Shown here piece by piece: positions 1 to 10,172 of a stretch of 64,000 bases of DNA. Every line of letters begins with the position of its first letter. Within the stretch, counting starts at the first letter, position 1. Made by a program: the position numbers and the translations under genes. The DNA comes from Octopus sinensis (taxonomy: Eukaryota). Below the pieces are notes generated by a model, which was not told where the DNA came from, searched no databases, and saw nothing but the letters and a program-made list of their open reading frames with translations. The stretch lies in contig NC_043005.1 in assembly GCF_006345805.1 (NCBI RefSeq), forward strand, positions 105,214,001-105,278,000. Direction: 5' to 3'.

Positions 1-918
1 CAGTGTAGAATTTCTTCCGGTACCGATGTCTTTTCCTATATAGGAGCGTCCACTTCCCAGTTATCCAAGAGAATTTCTAACCATTATTCAACATTCAGGG
101 ATAGTAAAAAACGACATAGTACAGGGCTAAGTAAATTAGTTTGGCGTCTTAAAGACAACAATATAAATTTCAAGTTAGATTGGTTCATACTGTCTGTATC
201 CATTCCTTTTGATAAGGGCAGGAGATTTTGTAACATTTGTAACTCTCAACTCTTCCATATTCTCTTCTCTAAGGTTCCCCTAGTAAACACACTCATAGAA
301 AAATCATACAAATATAAACACTGGCAGAAACATACCTTCTACTCATATAAATGATAACGATAGTCACTGTGGTTTGAACAATTAGCTTTACGTCAACCCC
401 ACTTCTATAGCGAAATTCTTTCCTAAGCCTTCGAACATTCTTTCAATCAACGTACCCTTCCCTCACCACTTGTTCCCTACCTATTATTCCTTTAACCCTT
501 CTCTTCCTACTATCTATCTTTGACGTCAATTCTTCTAACGGTTTTTTAAAAAACACTCATTATCGTTTTGTTTACCATGTAGGCAGTCATCGAAATTTTT
601 GTTTGTCTTGTTGTCGAAAGAGGCTCCCTTTCTTTCCTGATGAGAAGATTGCATAATGCACCCTTTATTCCTTTGGAATGAAAACATGTTGTCTTCGAAA
701 CATATGTCGAGAGTAAAGGAATTTTGTTAACATCTTCGTTCGACTCCATTCTTTCATTTATTCATATACAACACACAAACTTCTGCACATGAACCCGGAG
801 TTTCTACCCTTGGATAGGTCGCTTCAACCGTGTTTCTGACGTGAATTTGCTACCCAGCTTTCGGTTAAACGAATTTTCCATGCTGACGATAAACATAGGA
901 TAATTCATTCACCTATGT
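1..918 (+). mobile_element. Penelope-like retroelement 3' end: GIY-YIG endonuclease C-terminus (open frame 1-354) plus 3' non-coding/pLTR region
   Basis: Frame +1 from base 1 is open to TGA at 352-354. It reads ...FSYIGASTSQLSKRISNHYSTFRDSKKRHSTGLSKLVWRLKDNNINFKLDWFIL...FCNICNSQLFHIL..., matching the Penelope pattern YIG-x-T...KxR..NH.S.F...ST.LSK..W.LK...C..C. A hammerhead motif follows. Confidence 0.85.
627..719 (+). ncRNA. Type I hammerhead ribozyme (Penelope-type, minimal palindromic stem III)
   Basis: CTGATGA at 637-643; stem II GAAGA(644-648)/TCTTC(692-696); GAAA at 697-700; stem III AC-ATAT-GT; cleavage triplet GTC at 706-708. Stem I 627-636 pairs with 709-719 over 10 bp (one G-U, one bulged U). 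Confidence 0.85.
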
Positions 919-921
919 ATA

Positions 922-975
<54 letters not shown>

Positions 976-987
976 ATATATATATAT

Positions 988-1038
<51 letters not shown>

Positions 1039-1077
1039 ATTATATATATATATATAGATATATATATATATATATAT
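915..1077. repeat. (TA)n microsatellite
   Basis: Direct inspection; further TA runs at ~1261-1318 and ~1847-1920 (TA then GA). Confidence 0.95.
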
Positions 1078-1078
1078 G

Positions 1079-1197
1079 GCTTCCGGCCATATCACGTTGA
1101 AAGAACCGGTTCTCGTCCGATCACCGAAGTTAAGCAACATCGAGTCTAGTTAGTACTTAGATGGGTGACCGCTTGGGAAACCTAGGTGTTGTAAGTA
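1079..1197 (+). rRNA. 5S rRNA: 5S rRNA-derived sequence (pseudogene or SINE head)
   Basis: GCTTCCGGCCATATCACGTTGAAAGAACCGGTTCTCGTCCGATCACCGAAGTTAAGCAACATCGAG...TAGTACTTAGATGGGTGACCGCTTGGGAAACCTAGGTGTTGTAAGT has 5S length, box A/C-like segments and terminal helix I pairing (one mismatch). It is solitary and has no T4+ terminator immediately downstream. Confidence 0.9.
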
Positions 1198-1259
1198 TTC
1201 CCTTTACAGCGGTGGTGCCCCAGCATGGCCGCGGCCTTCGGGCTAAAGGATTTTTAAGG

Positions 1260-1314
<55 letters not shown>

Positions 1315-1393
1315 TATTCAGATGAATATGGTACTTAAGTTGAGGCACCAGAATTTAGTACGATATTATCCATACAATTTCAAGGTGATTAAA

Positions 1394-1635
1394 ATCAAAA
1401 TAAGCAACAAGGATATCCAGAGGTAATGTAGTATGATCGTTTCATGCAACTCCATTTAGTTTAACAATGCAATTATTACATCAATTTAAATGCGGAGCAA
1501 TCTTCAGCTGTCTTTGTGCAGCTGAAGATTGCTCTGCATTTAAATTGATGCAATGACTGCATTGTTAAATTAAATGGAGTTGCATGAAATGATCATACTA
1601 CATTACCTCTGGATATCCTTGTTGCTTATTTTGAT
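1394..1635. repeat. Long foldback (117-bp arms, 8-nt spacer)
   Basis: 1394-1510 is the reverse complement of 1519-1635 with about 6 transition mismatches; spacer TCTTTGTG. Confidence 0.95.
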
Positions 1636-1806
1636 ATGTGTGTATGTGTGTGTGTGTGTGAGTGTGTGCGTATGTGCATGTATGCACACAAACACACACA
1701 TACACGTTTATTATTGTACTTATTTTATTATTTTAACTCATGTCCATTGTCCGGAAATCTTTCGTCGCACATCTGTGGTCTCTTCAGCGACATTTTCGCT
1801 TTCGCG
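1411..1806 (+). repeat. ~400-bp direct repeat, copy 1 (copy 2 at 4095-4494)
   Basis: Near-identical from GGATATCCAGAGG to ...TTCGCG; differences are a few substitutions and GT-repeat length. Confidence 0.95.
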
Positions 1807-1844
1807 TGTGTTCTTGCTCCAGTTACCCCATTCTTAGAACTGCG

Positions 1845-1922
<78 letters not shown>

Positions 1923-1994
1923 CATGCGTACATACTGCAAGAAAGCCTTTGACTGTTCCCTACTCGTGGGTGCTGGATGCCTTTCAACTTGCTA

Positions 1995-3260
1995 AAGTTC
2001 CAGTGAGAATCAAACCTATAGCTGACTTGACTTCATCATGGGCTACCATCTTGAAATTAAACACAAAAGAGTGACTGTATTACCCACTGATAGAATACAG
2101 TGTCGCAAAAGCATATTCCAAGGGGCCAGCCTCTCCGTGGCGTTGTTTATACTTTCTTAAACCCCTTGTAATTCATGTTAAGGAATTCTGAAGGACAGCT
2201 CACTGGTTCACGAGGAAACACACAAATACCAAAACTACACACGGCTTCTTTGTGGATGACTTGACACATTCTGCAAAGAATATGCACGAAATGTAAAAGA
2301 GCCTTGACCTAATTAACTTTCTGAAAGAATGTAGGGTTGAAGTTTGGTCAGGATAAATTTTGTTATATGGTTGTGAAAAAGGGCAAAACTGTAAACCAGA
2401 CTAGCAACATCTCCATCATGGATTTGACTGTTTCCTTTATATCTGACGAGGAATGTTACAGATATCTAGAAGTGGATGAAGACATATATTACAATGTCAC
2501 CTGTAACAAAACTCGTGTCACTAAAGAATATTACAGCCGAATAAAAAACATTTGGACCTCAGATCTCTCCGCATTCAATAAAACTGACCTGCAATGTGTT
2601 TACAGTACCAGTGCTCATACCAACATTTGGGCTGCTTGATTGGACGCTTAATAAAATCTGGTCTTAAAATCCGATAAATACTAACAAGCATGCATAATTT
2701 CCACATAAACAGTGGCGTAGACCGCCTCAGCCTAAAATGAAAACAAGGCAGTAGAGGCTTAACATCGATCCAAAATGTCTTTGAATGTTGTATCATATCC
2801 CTTCGGCAACATCTTTTAACCACCAAGTGTCGAAGTGCATCCCTTGACCAAGTTTGTATACATAAGGCTGATAACATCCCAAGACTTGAAAGGCAGTTTC
2901 TTCAGCAACATTCCTTGCCTGATAACTTTAGATACATGTCTAAAGAAGTCGAATGACTCAACCGAAACGTACTATCAGATGAAAGGAGGTGCATTTATGA
3001 GCAAAAGACTATGCATGGATGTTAGTAGAAAGCTCCCAGATGGTAGTAATAAGATCATAGTAAGCAGTCTATTATGGACCAATAGCCGGATTACTAGGAA
3101 GGGTATGCTTTGCAATCCAAGAACAGGAAATATCAACCAAATACCTGATGCACAAAAGAGATAGAGATGCAGGAAAAGCAGTAAAATGAGACAACCGATG
3201 CTGTAAAATGTGACAACCGCCTATGCAGCCAACTTAATCTGACTAGAACACCACGCTCTG
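1995..3260 (+). mobile_element. Decayed non-LTR retrotransposon RT, R4/Dong-like
   Basis: Frameshifted motifs RKSIFQGASLSVALFIL (~2104-2155), HGFFVDDL (~2240-2263), LKFGQDK, YRYL, KEYYSRIKNIW.SDLSAFNK, HNFHINSGVDRL and QEQEISTKYL. These resemble the R4/Dong patterns RGIFQGDSLSP, YMDDL, FGLDKC and AIQDQVI. Clade assignment is by eye. Confidence 0.7.
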
Positions 3261-3309
3261 TGGGTTCCTTGTTTCTGTAGTCAAAACAAGTCTGTGAAAC
3301 AGTGTGTTC

Positions 3310-3600
3310 CCATTTAATCGCATTCATTGACATTTAGAAGGTTTTCTATAGTATGTGAAAAGAGGACTGATAAACTCTGCTTTAAAAGATGTGGAGATAA
3401 TCAAGCAGTTTCACAATGACATGCTTACCATGATGTCTCTTGATATCCTTTCAGGTCTAACATGGAGTAAAGGAAGGCAGTTTTTTCAACGCTATTTGCA
3501 TTATTTCTGCATTGTGATTGTTGGGATAGCAAGCAAACTCAACAGTTAAAGTGTGTTCACATATCTGGGCAATACAATTTCTGTTGATAACAGTCAAAAC
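3310..3600 (+). mobile_element. RTE-clade LINE RT fragment, internally deleted
   Basis: Degenerate AFID.xKVF, IIKQFHNDM (cf. IIRQFHDGM) and FTYLGNTIS motifs. Confidence 0.6.
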
Positions 3601-4094
3601 CTCTCATACAGCGACTCCAGTTGAGTGCCCATCGTTTAAAAAGAGTATGGTGAATGGAGTTTCTACCAGATCCCTTACTGCGCACCGAATACATCTATTT
3701 CTTGACACTGGCGGGAACCTCCCGTCTTCTTACAAATTCTTTACTTAGTTTCCTTAGAGGCCTCTTGAGTCTAGGTTTTGTGTCATTACATATATATATA
3801 TCACATATTACACGCACAAACGTACACAAACACACATACTAAAACGAATGTGAGAAAATAGGGGTGTTTTCGTCAGCAGTCATAAATGAGCACAATCTAT
3901 AAAAACACAGGGTAAGCATTATAAGTGAAGAAATCATACGAAAATAAGCCTGTGGAAAAACATATGAAAATGAAGTCTCGCTAAGGGTTACAGCAACTCT
4001 GGCACCGTAGATAGCACAGCGTACACAAAGTGCGTCAATATTCAATCAATGGATATGATTGTTGAGCAATCGAGGCACAAAAACAAGTAAACAT

Positions 4095-4494
4095 GGATAT
4101 CCAGAGGTAATGTAGTATGATCGTTTCATGCAACTCCATTTAGTTTAACAATGCAATCATTACATCAATTTAAATGCAGAGCAATCTTCAGCTGTCTTTG
4201 TGCAGCTGAAGATTGCTCTGCATTTAAATTGATGCAATGACTGCATTGTTAAATTAAATGGAGTTGCATGAAATGATCATACTACATTACCTCTGGATAT
4301 CCTTGTTGCTTATTTTGATATGTGTGTATGTGTGTGTGTGTGTGTGTGAGTGTGTGCGTATGTGCATGTATGCACACAAACACACACATACACGTTTATT
4401 ATTGTACTTATTTTATTATTTTAACTCATGTCCATTGTCCGGAAATCTTTCGTCGCACATCTGTGGTCTCTTCAGCGACATTTTCGTTTTCGCG
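4095..4494 (+). repeat. ~400-bp direct repeat, copy 2 (contains the same foldback, 5'-shortened)
   Basis: Matches 1411-1806. Confidence 0.95.
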
Positions 4495-4528
4495 ACTAGA
4501 GTGGAAAAAAAAGAAGCAAAAGGATATA

Positions 4529-4561
<33 letters not shown>

Positions 4562-4564
4562 ATT

Positions 4565-4830
4565 AGGCTCCATGCAATTTAAAAGTTACGTAGGTTCGTT
4601 AAACGAACCTTGCTCGTCAGGTCTAGGCACGGAACAAAGAGATGGAAGACGTTCAAGATGTTTACTGGCGGTTGGGCTGTTAATGATCGAACCAGGTTAC
4701 ATGGTGTTGTTGATATTGGCATTGAAATATCAGCAACATCAGATACAGAAATATTTCTCGGAGCGCGTTGTTGAACAGATTGTTGTCGGTACCTCACCGT
4801 AATATGGGTGAGAACCTTTAGCGACACCAG
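4565..4830 (-). mobile_element. Penelope-like 3' end remnant
   Basis: The reverse complement aligns by eye with 6210-6305 (GTGAGGT.CC...CTGTTCAACAACGC...GAAATA...TGATGT.GCTGAT.TTTC.ATG.CAA...CATGTAACC). It encodes an LFN-x-RSE remnant (cf. LLNKRSE) and is followed by CTGACGAG. Confidence 0.6.
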
Positions 4831-4834
4831 CTGC

Positions 4835-5360
4835 ATGTATGTGTGTGTGTGTGTGTGTAAACCTGATACATGAGTGCGTATCTGGTGCGAGTATGGTTGT
4901 GCGTGCGTGCGTGTGTGTGTAAGCTGACAGCATCAGCTCGTTGGTGCGTGCATACTTGTGGTTGTGTGTGTATACTTGTGATTCTGGGAGTATATACTTG
5001 TAGTTGTGAGTGTGTACTTCTAGTTGTGGGCGTGTATCAGATATGCGACTGTGCTTGTGTGCGTTAGTATCTGCTGTGTGTGCGTATATGTATGTAATTG
5101 ATGGTTTGTGAGTGCGTATGTGCACGCATACACTGTATGTGTGCCTTCGGGATGCATGTAGGAGTGTGTGTGCGTCTGAATATGTCTGGTATACGTATCT
5201 TTGCATTCGTTATGCGCATGTATGAATGTGTGCGTATCTGCATTTATGGGCGTGTGTGTGTGCATATCTATGGTATTTGTGTATGAGCAAGTCTGGTGTA
5301 TATCTGGTGTGTGTACATGTCGGACTAGTGTTTCAGCATGTATATGGACAGATGTGCAAG
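4835..5360. repeat. Degenerate (GT/AT)n low-complexity satellite
   Basis: Direct inspection. Confidence 0.85.
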
Positions 5361-5849
5361 TATGCAGCATCGGGAACCACGCACTAGCAACAGCACCATT
5401 AACAGGATAATCAGGGTTGATGTTGGATTAAAATTTGGTAGTGGTAGGGAAAGAAAGAAGTGAAAACAAAAATATGTGTGTGTGTCTGTATGTACGTAGG
5501 CACGCACATATATAAAGAGAATCATGGGAGATTGCAATAGAAAAATATATATATATATAAGGCTGGAAAGAGATCGTATGGTCTGAGCAGGCAGCAGATG
5601 TTAGGTACCCTGCTTTTGTTTATGGGGCAACCAGTACTAAGGTGGTATATCTGGGTTGTCGACAGTCAGTGGTTTGAATTAACCAAGAAAGTCAACATCT
5701 AGCGGCAACGATACAACTTCGTTTTTTTCCTCTTGATGGATACTGCAGGTTGGTGGAGAATATGCATCCTTTCGCAGAGGAAAAGCTGGCAATTGCAGAC
5801 ATAGTTAGGTCCATGAAGGGCCAGTCGACTTTGGGCGAGTCATTCCGGA

Positions 5850-6420
5850 GGTCGCGAACCTACAGTCCCAATGTGTAACTATCAAAATCCTACCAGCTAC
5901 CCTATGGAAAGATTCTGCCTTTCAAGGGCTGTAGTCTACAGATCTACTCTCACACCATCTAATGGCACAAGTCACTACACAGGCATGACGGTTAATGGCT
6001 TGAAGTGAAGATAGATACAATATATGCATTTCCTCAGATGCAGGGAGAAAAAATTCAACTTCCTTGACCCGCTTTATCTGGAGACTCCATCTCACACGCA
6101 ACAGATGAGTACACTCACACCGTCATACTGCAGGTACAGCTCCGCATCAGCAGCCGGTATCACTAAAGATTCTCAACTATATTATTTAAACAGTGAGGTG
6201 CCACTAACATCCTGTTCAACAACGCAGTTCAAGAAATACAGATTGGGATTTCTATTTGATGTCGCTGATTTTTCTATGTCAAAAGCAATAACATCATGTA
6301 ACCCACCTTCACCAATAGCTATCTTTTACTTCCTGCAACTTTTCATTCAATCGCCTATGCTTGACGAACTAGATTCGTATGACGAGTCTCCAAAGTTCCA
6401 AGGAGCCGAATGAGACTTAT
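5850..6420 (+). mobile_element. Decayed Penelope-like GIY-YIG and 3' end
   Basis: From 5874 it reads CNYQNPTSYPMERFCLSRAVVYRSTL...HYTGMTVNGLK*R, then after a frameshift NSTSLTRFIWRL (cf. CNC..CP..G.CL...VVY...YIG.T...KxR...NST.LS..IW.L). The upstream boundary is uncertain. Confidence 0.8.
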
Positions 6421-6689
6421 TGAAAAATAACAATAGGTGTAACTTCCATCAAATGTGTTGAGTGCCTCTTTCTTCCACTTGTCCACTCGCCCATGTACGT
6501 GTGTGTTTGTGCAACCGTTAATCCTGAGCGTCTGTTTCCACATCTGTCTGTCTTGTAAATATTTTGAACCATATATATATATATATTGTCGTAAACGACA
6601 TATAAGGATTCCCAAACTTCTTGCTGAACCAGCTCGGACGAGTTATTTATAGAAATCAAATTTTTGTGTGCATGATGTGGTTCAGATAT

Positions 6690-6797
6690 CAGTGATCGCA
6701 GCGCAACGTGAAATGAAGTGTTTTACTTAAAAACGCAGGGAATCGAAACTACGGTTTTACGATTATGGGTTACATCCTAACCACTGGGCCACGAGCC
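6690..6797 (-). mobile_element. tRNA-derived SINE head
   Basis: Reverse complement GGCTCGTGGCCCAGTGGTTAGG...GTAGTTTCGATTCCCTG carries Pol III A- and B-box-like motifs; there is no intact cloverleaf. Confidence 0.7.
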
Positions 6798-6820
6798 TTC
6801 TCTCTTTTGTGTGTGCATTT

Positions 6821-7023
6821 ATATATTATCTGATAAACACGATATGCGTTTTTATGCGCTACTATTAGTCTGAAGTGTTGAGAGCATGCCAATCAGTATT
6901 TTTTAACAAGTCTGATGATTGTGCTAGGACACCAAATATGTTAAAAACAGTTTGGCATGCTCTCAGCTCATAAAACTAATTGTTGCATATAAAAACACAT
7001 ATTGTATTTATCAAATAATATTT
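6821..7023. mobile_element. MITE-like imperfect foldback
   Basis: ATATATTATCTGATAAACACGATATGCGTTTTTATG... pairs with ...CATATAAAAACACATATTGTATTTATCAAATAATATTT, and the inner GAGAGCATGCCAA pairs with TTGGCATGCTCTC. Confidence 0.75.
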
Positions 7024-7069
7024 ATCCCTCATCAGATGGAGTACTTGTTTAGTTGATGTATATGGTCTC

Positions 7070-7480
7070 ATAAACCAGTCATCTACTCATAGACCACCAA
7101 ATCACAGTGTGCAGAAATATGTCAAAGGCCTTCTCCAAATCGACGAACGTTAGGTACTCCTAGCCATGTACTTAGAATTATTTCACAAGAAATATGGCAT
7201 TGATGGTGGGACAAAGTTGAACCGCATCGCATCTAGATTAATCCCATCCCTATTTAGTTTTGCAATAATCCTTTATGTAACCTTCATTATGTAATTCGAC
7301 AGCTCAATGCATCTGGAATTTCTTGTTCCTACTGCATTTCACTTACCTTTGTAGTTGTTTACGTCGATGGTGCAGCACTAGTCTTTGAGTATAGCTTTAC
7401 TTGTTTTACTATATTATCCTGTATCCTACTTCGCCAGATATTTTAAGCATGATGGCAACTATTCCCGATGGAGAAACTAC
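7070..7480 (-). mobile_element. RTE-clade LINE RT fragment
   Basis: The minus strand gives GKVVSPSGIVAIMLKISGEVG, IMKVT*RIIA...LDAMRFNFVP, TINAIFLV and YLTFVDLEKAFD. Confidence 0.85.
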
Positions 7481-8276
7481 TTTCCTTACCTTGATATGTG
7501 TAGATATTACCATACAGGTTTCCTTTAATAAATCATACATTTTGTTTTATATGCCTATATACACTTATGGTAGCTGTACATGAGAAGATTAAAGGACCAA
7601 CATTTGAAAATCGTCATGTACCTATCGATATTTTCATAAACCATTCTCGATACAGAAATAATGCAACTGTTAGGGCTGAAGAGAGCAAGTTACAATTTGA
7701 TATATAAATTTGACAGCATCAAAAATTAAAAACAACTCAACAGGTAGTTTTCTTGAAAATAAACACATTTAAACAGCATTTAATCTTTATCTTACTTATT
7801 GGTGACATCTGGAGTGTATGCATACTTCGGCAGTTAATGAACGTATAGCTACAAGTACAACATCATCATTTCAAAGTAATTCATACACATGTACTCTAAA
7901 AGGTATCCCTATTGTATTCTCAGGTCATGTACATTTAAAATTTAGCTGTAGTGTATAGTCTAAGTTCAAGTTAATGGTATGAAAACTAATTAAGCATATC
8001 CATTCACAAAATAGGTACAGTATTAATACAGTGGCTTTTCCCAAAGAGTAAAAGGTCTTATAAGGATGACTAAAAAATAATACAACAAAGAATATTATTT
8101 TCCATTTCAAATTGTGACATTGATATCAATAACTATGAGGGCTCTATATGCTATTATCATATCCTTATAGTAAGGCTGCTCATCACAAAAAGCTGATGGA
8201 TAAATGTTTTTGCAATGCAAATGCAAGGGATGTAAAAAGTAACGCTGGGGTTTATATATATATATATATATCTTTG

Positions 8277-8327
8277 TCCAACCCATGCCAGCATGGAAAG
8301 CGGATGTTAAATGATGATGATGATGAT
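8277..8327 (+). mobile_element. LINE/SINE 3' tail with (GAT)n
   Basis: CCAACCCATGCCAGCATGGAAAGCGGATGTTAAATGATGATGATG; related tails at ~23747-23880 (-) and ~58373-58411 (+). Confidence 0.6.
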
Positions 8328-9394
8328 CTTTGTGTGTGTGTGTGTGATTTCATTAAACAACTAATGCCTTTCTAATAGTACATATATTCCAGAACATCAG
8401 CAATGAGGAGAATAGGAAACTCCATATGAATATTAAAGGGAATTAGCATACATTGCTACCACATCAGAATTAGAATTAGGAAATATTGGTAAGATATAGA
8501 AACCATGCTGTCAATAAATGGAAATGGAGATTTAAAAAAATAACCTAAAGTTTGTTATAAAAACTCATTTTAAGGAAAGGGTAGGAAGTGAAATGATTGT
8601 ACATATATATATAAACACACACACAGACACATGCACACGAATACAAATGTGGAAAATAAGGTAAGATCAGAAACAAATAAGGACAGCTGTAGCATATCGG
8701 TACTAAGAGTTTTTTTTCTGAAGTTTGCTTAAAAAAATGTTTCTCTACAACTTATAAAGAATTGAATTTCTTTAGTGTATGAATAGAATATAAACTTATT
8801 CTATAGATAGATGGTCTCAGATTTATCACTAACAAGATATATAATTTTGTGTTTAAGCCTTTTACAAGAATATTAGTAATGTTGTGTAAAATTCAATAAA
8901 GAAAGTTGAGAATTGAAAATTGGATCATGAGCTTTACTTGTCAGAAATATATTTCTATAAAAGAAAAAAAGGGAAAAAATGATTATGCTAATGATTCAAA
9001 TTAGTCCAGATTTCTTGTATGATGGTAATTCTTAATGGGAAATGTAGCTTAAAAATAGGAGAGTACTTTTTTAATTTTCTTTCATCCAGATTAATATAGC
9101 TTAAGAAAATTAAGTGAAATGAAAGAAAATGACTGTTTAGAATTGAATGTAATGAAAAGTGCAATTAAAACCCAAACAAATAAATCAGATGGCTACACAA
9201 TAGTAGAGGAAAAAATGGATTTTGAAGTAAGAGACCTTGTACACAACCATTATTATCATTTTTATTACTGTCGTTCCTCCAGGGCCAATAATAAATTATT
9301 AGTCAAGAACTTTGGTTGACTGTATTGACTAATCCCTTCTTGAAACTGTTGGCCTGGTGCATACATCAGAAATTGCTGTCATCATCATTATTAT

Positions 9395-9810
9395 AACTGA
9401 TAGAATTATTATTTTCAGAAAATGCTCTGCAGTATTTGTTATGGCTCTTCTTGTTCTAGTTTCAAACTCTGCTGAGGTCAACTTTGTCCTTTTCTAATTT
9501 GATAAAATAAGTATCAGTCAAGTACTGGAGTTGGGAAAGAGATCGGAATGACTAAACCCTTCCCTTCAAAACTGCTGACCTTGTGCCAAAATTTGAAACA
9601 ATTATTTAAGGCAGTGAGGTGGCAGAATTGTTAATGTTGGAAGAAAATGCTCTGTGGTTATTTCTTTCAGCTCATTATGCCCTGAGTTTTGTTGATCCTT
9701 TCAGGGTTAACAAAACAAACACCAGTCAAATACTGTGGTCAATGTAATTGATTAATTCCCTCCCAGCAAATTTTAGGCTTTATACTTGTAGTAGAAAGGA
9801 TTATTATTAT
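9395..9810 (+). mobile_element. Two tandem tRNA-derived SINEs
   Basis: The second copy starts AAGGCAGTGAGGTGGCAGAATTG (9608) and ends AGAAAGGATTATTATT. The first has a GAGGTCAACTTTG...GATAAAATAAGTA body and ends at ~9606. Confidence 0.75.
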
Positions 9811-10006
9811 CATTTCTAAGTATGTGATTAGGTATAAGAACAAATGCAAGATAAGCTAATTAACAGTTCCTCAAAACTCTGCTTGTAAATTCTGCTGGTA
9901 TTCTCTAAAGCTTTGCTTATATCAACAGCCAAATTGGATTTTACAAGTGATTATATTCTATGCATCTCAAACACCAAAGCATTCCCTTTAGATTCAATCT
10001 CTACAT

Positions 10007-10149
10007 CAGGCATGGGCAATATTTTTTGAGAAGTAGTTCACATGTGACATGACTCAACAGGTGGGCTGCACTACTAAAAAAAATTCAAGAAAATTTTTCA
10101 TTGGTGTGTCATTCAGAAAGTCCCACAGGCTGCAGTTTGCTCATGACTG
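10007..10149. mobile_element. hAT (Charlie-like) MITE
   Basis: TIRs CAGGCATGGGCAA / TTGCTCATGACTG (11/13). Flanked by an 8-bp TSD CTCTACAT (9999-10006) / CTCTATAT (10150-10157), fitting the NTCTA-AN target preference. Confidence 0.75.
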
Positions 10150-10172
10150 CTCTATATGTTTGTTTGTGTATA

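Noticed and set aside
546-749. 67-aa minus-strand ORF
   Set aside because: Antisense to the Penelope 3' region and hammerhead; no recognisable motif.
1079-1197. Interpretation as a functional 5S rDNA unit
   Set aside because: Single copy, helix I mismatch, no adjacent terminator, microsatellite flanks and a SINE-like tail.
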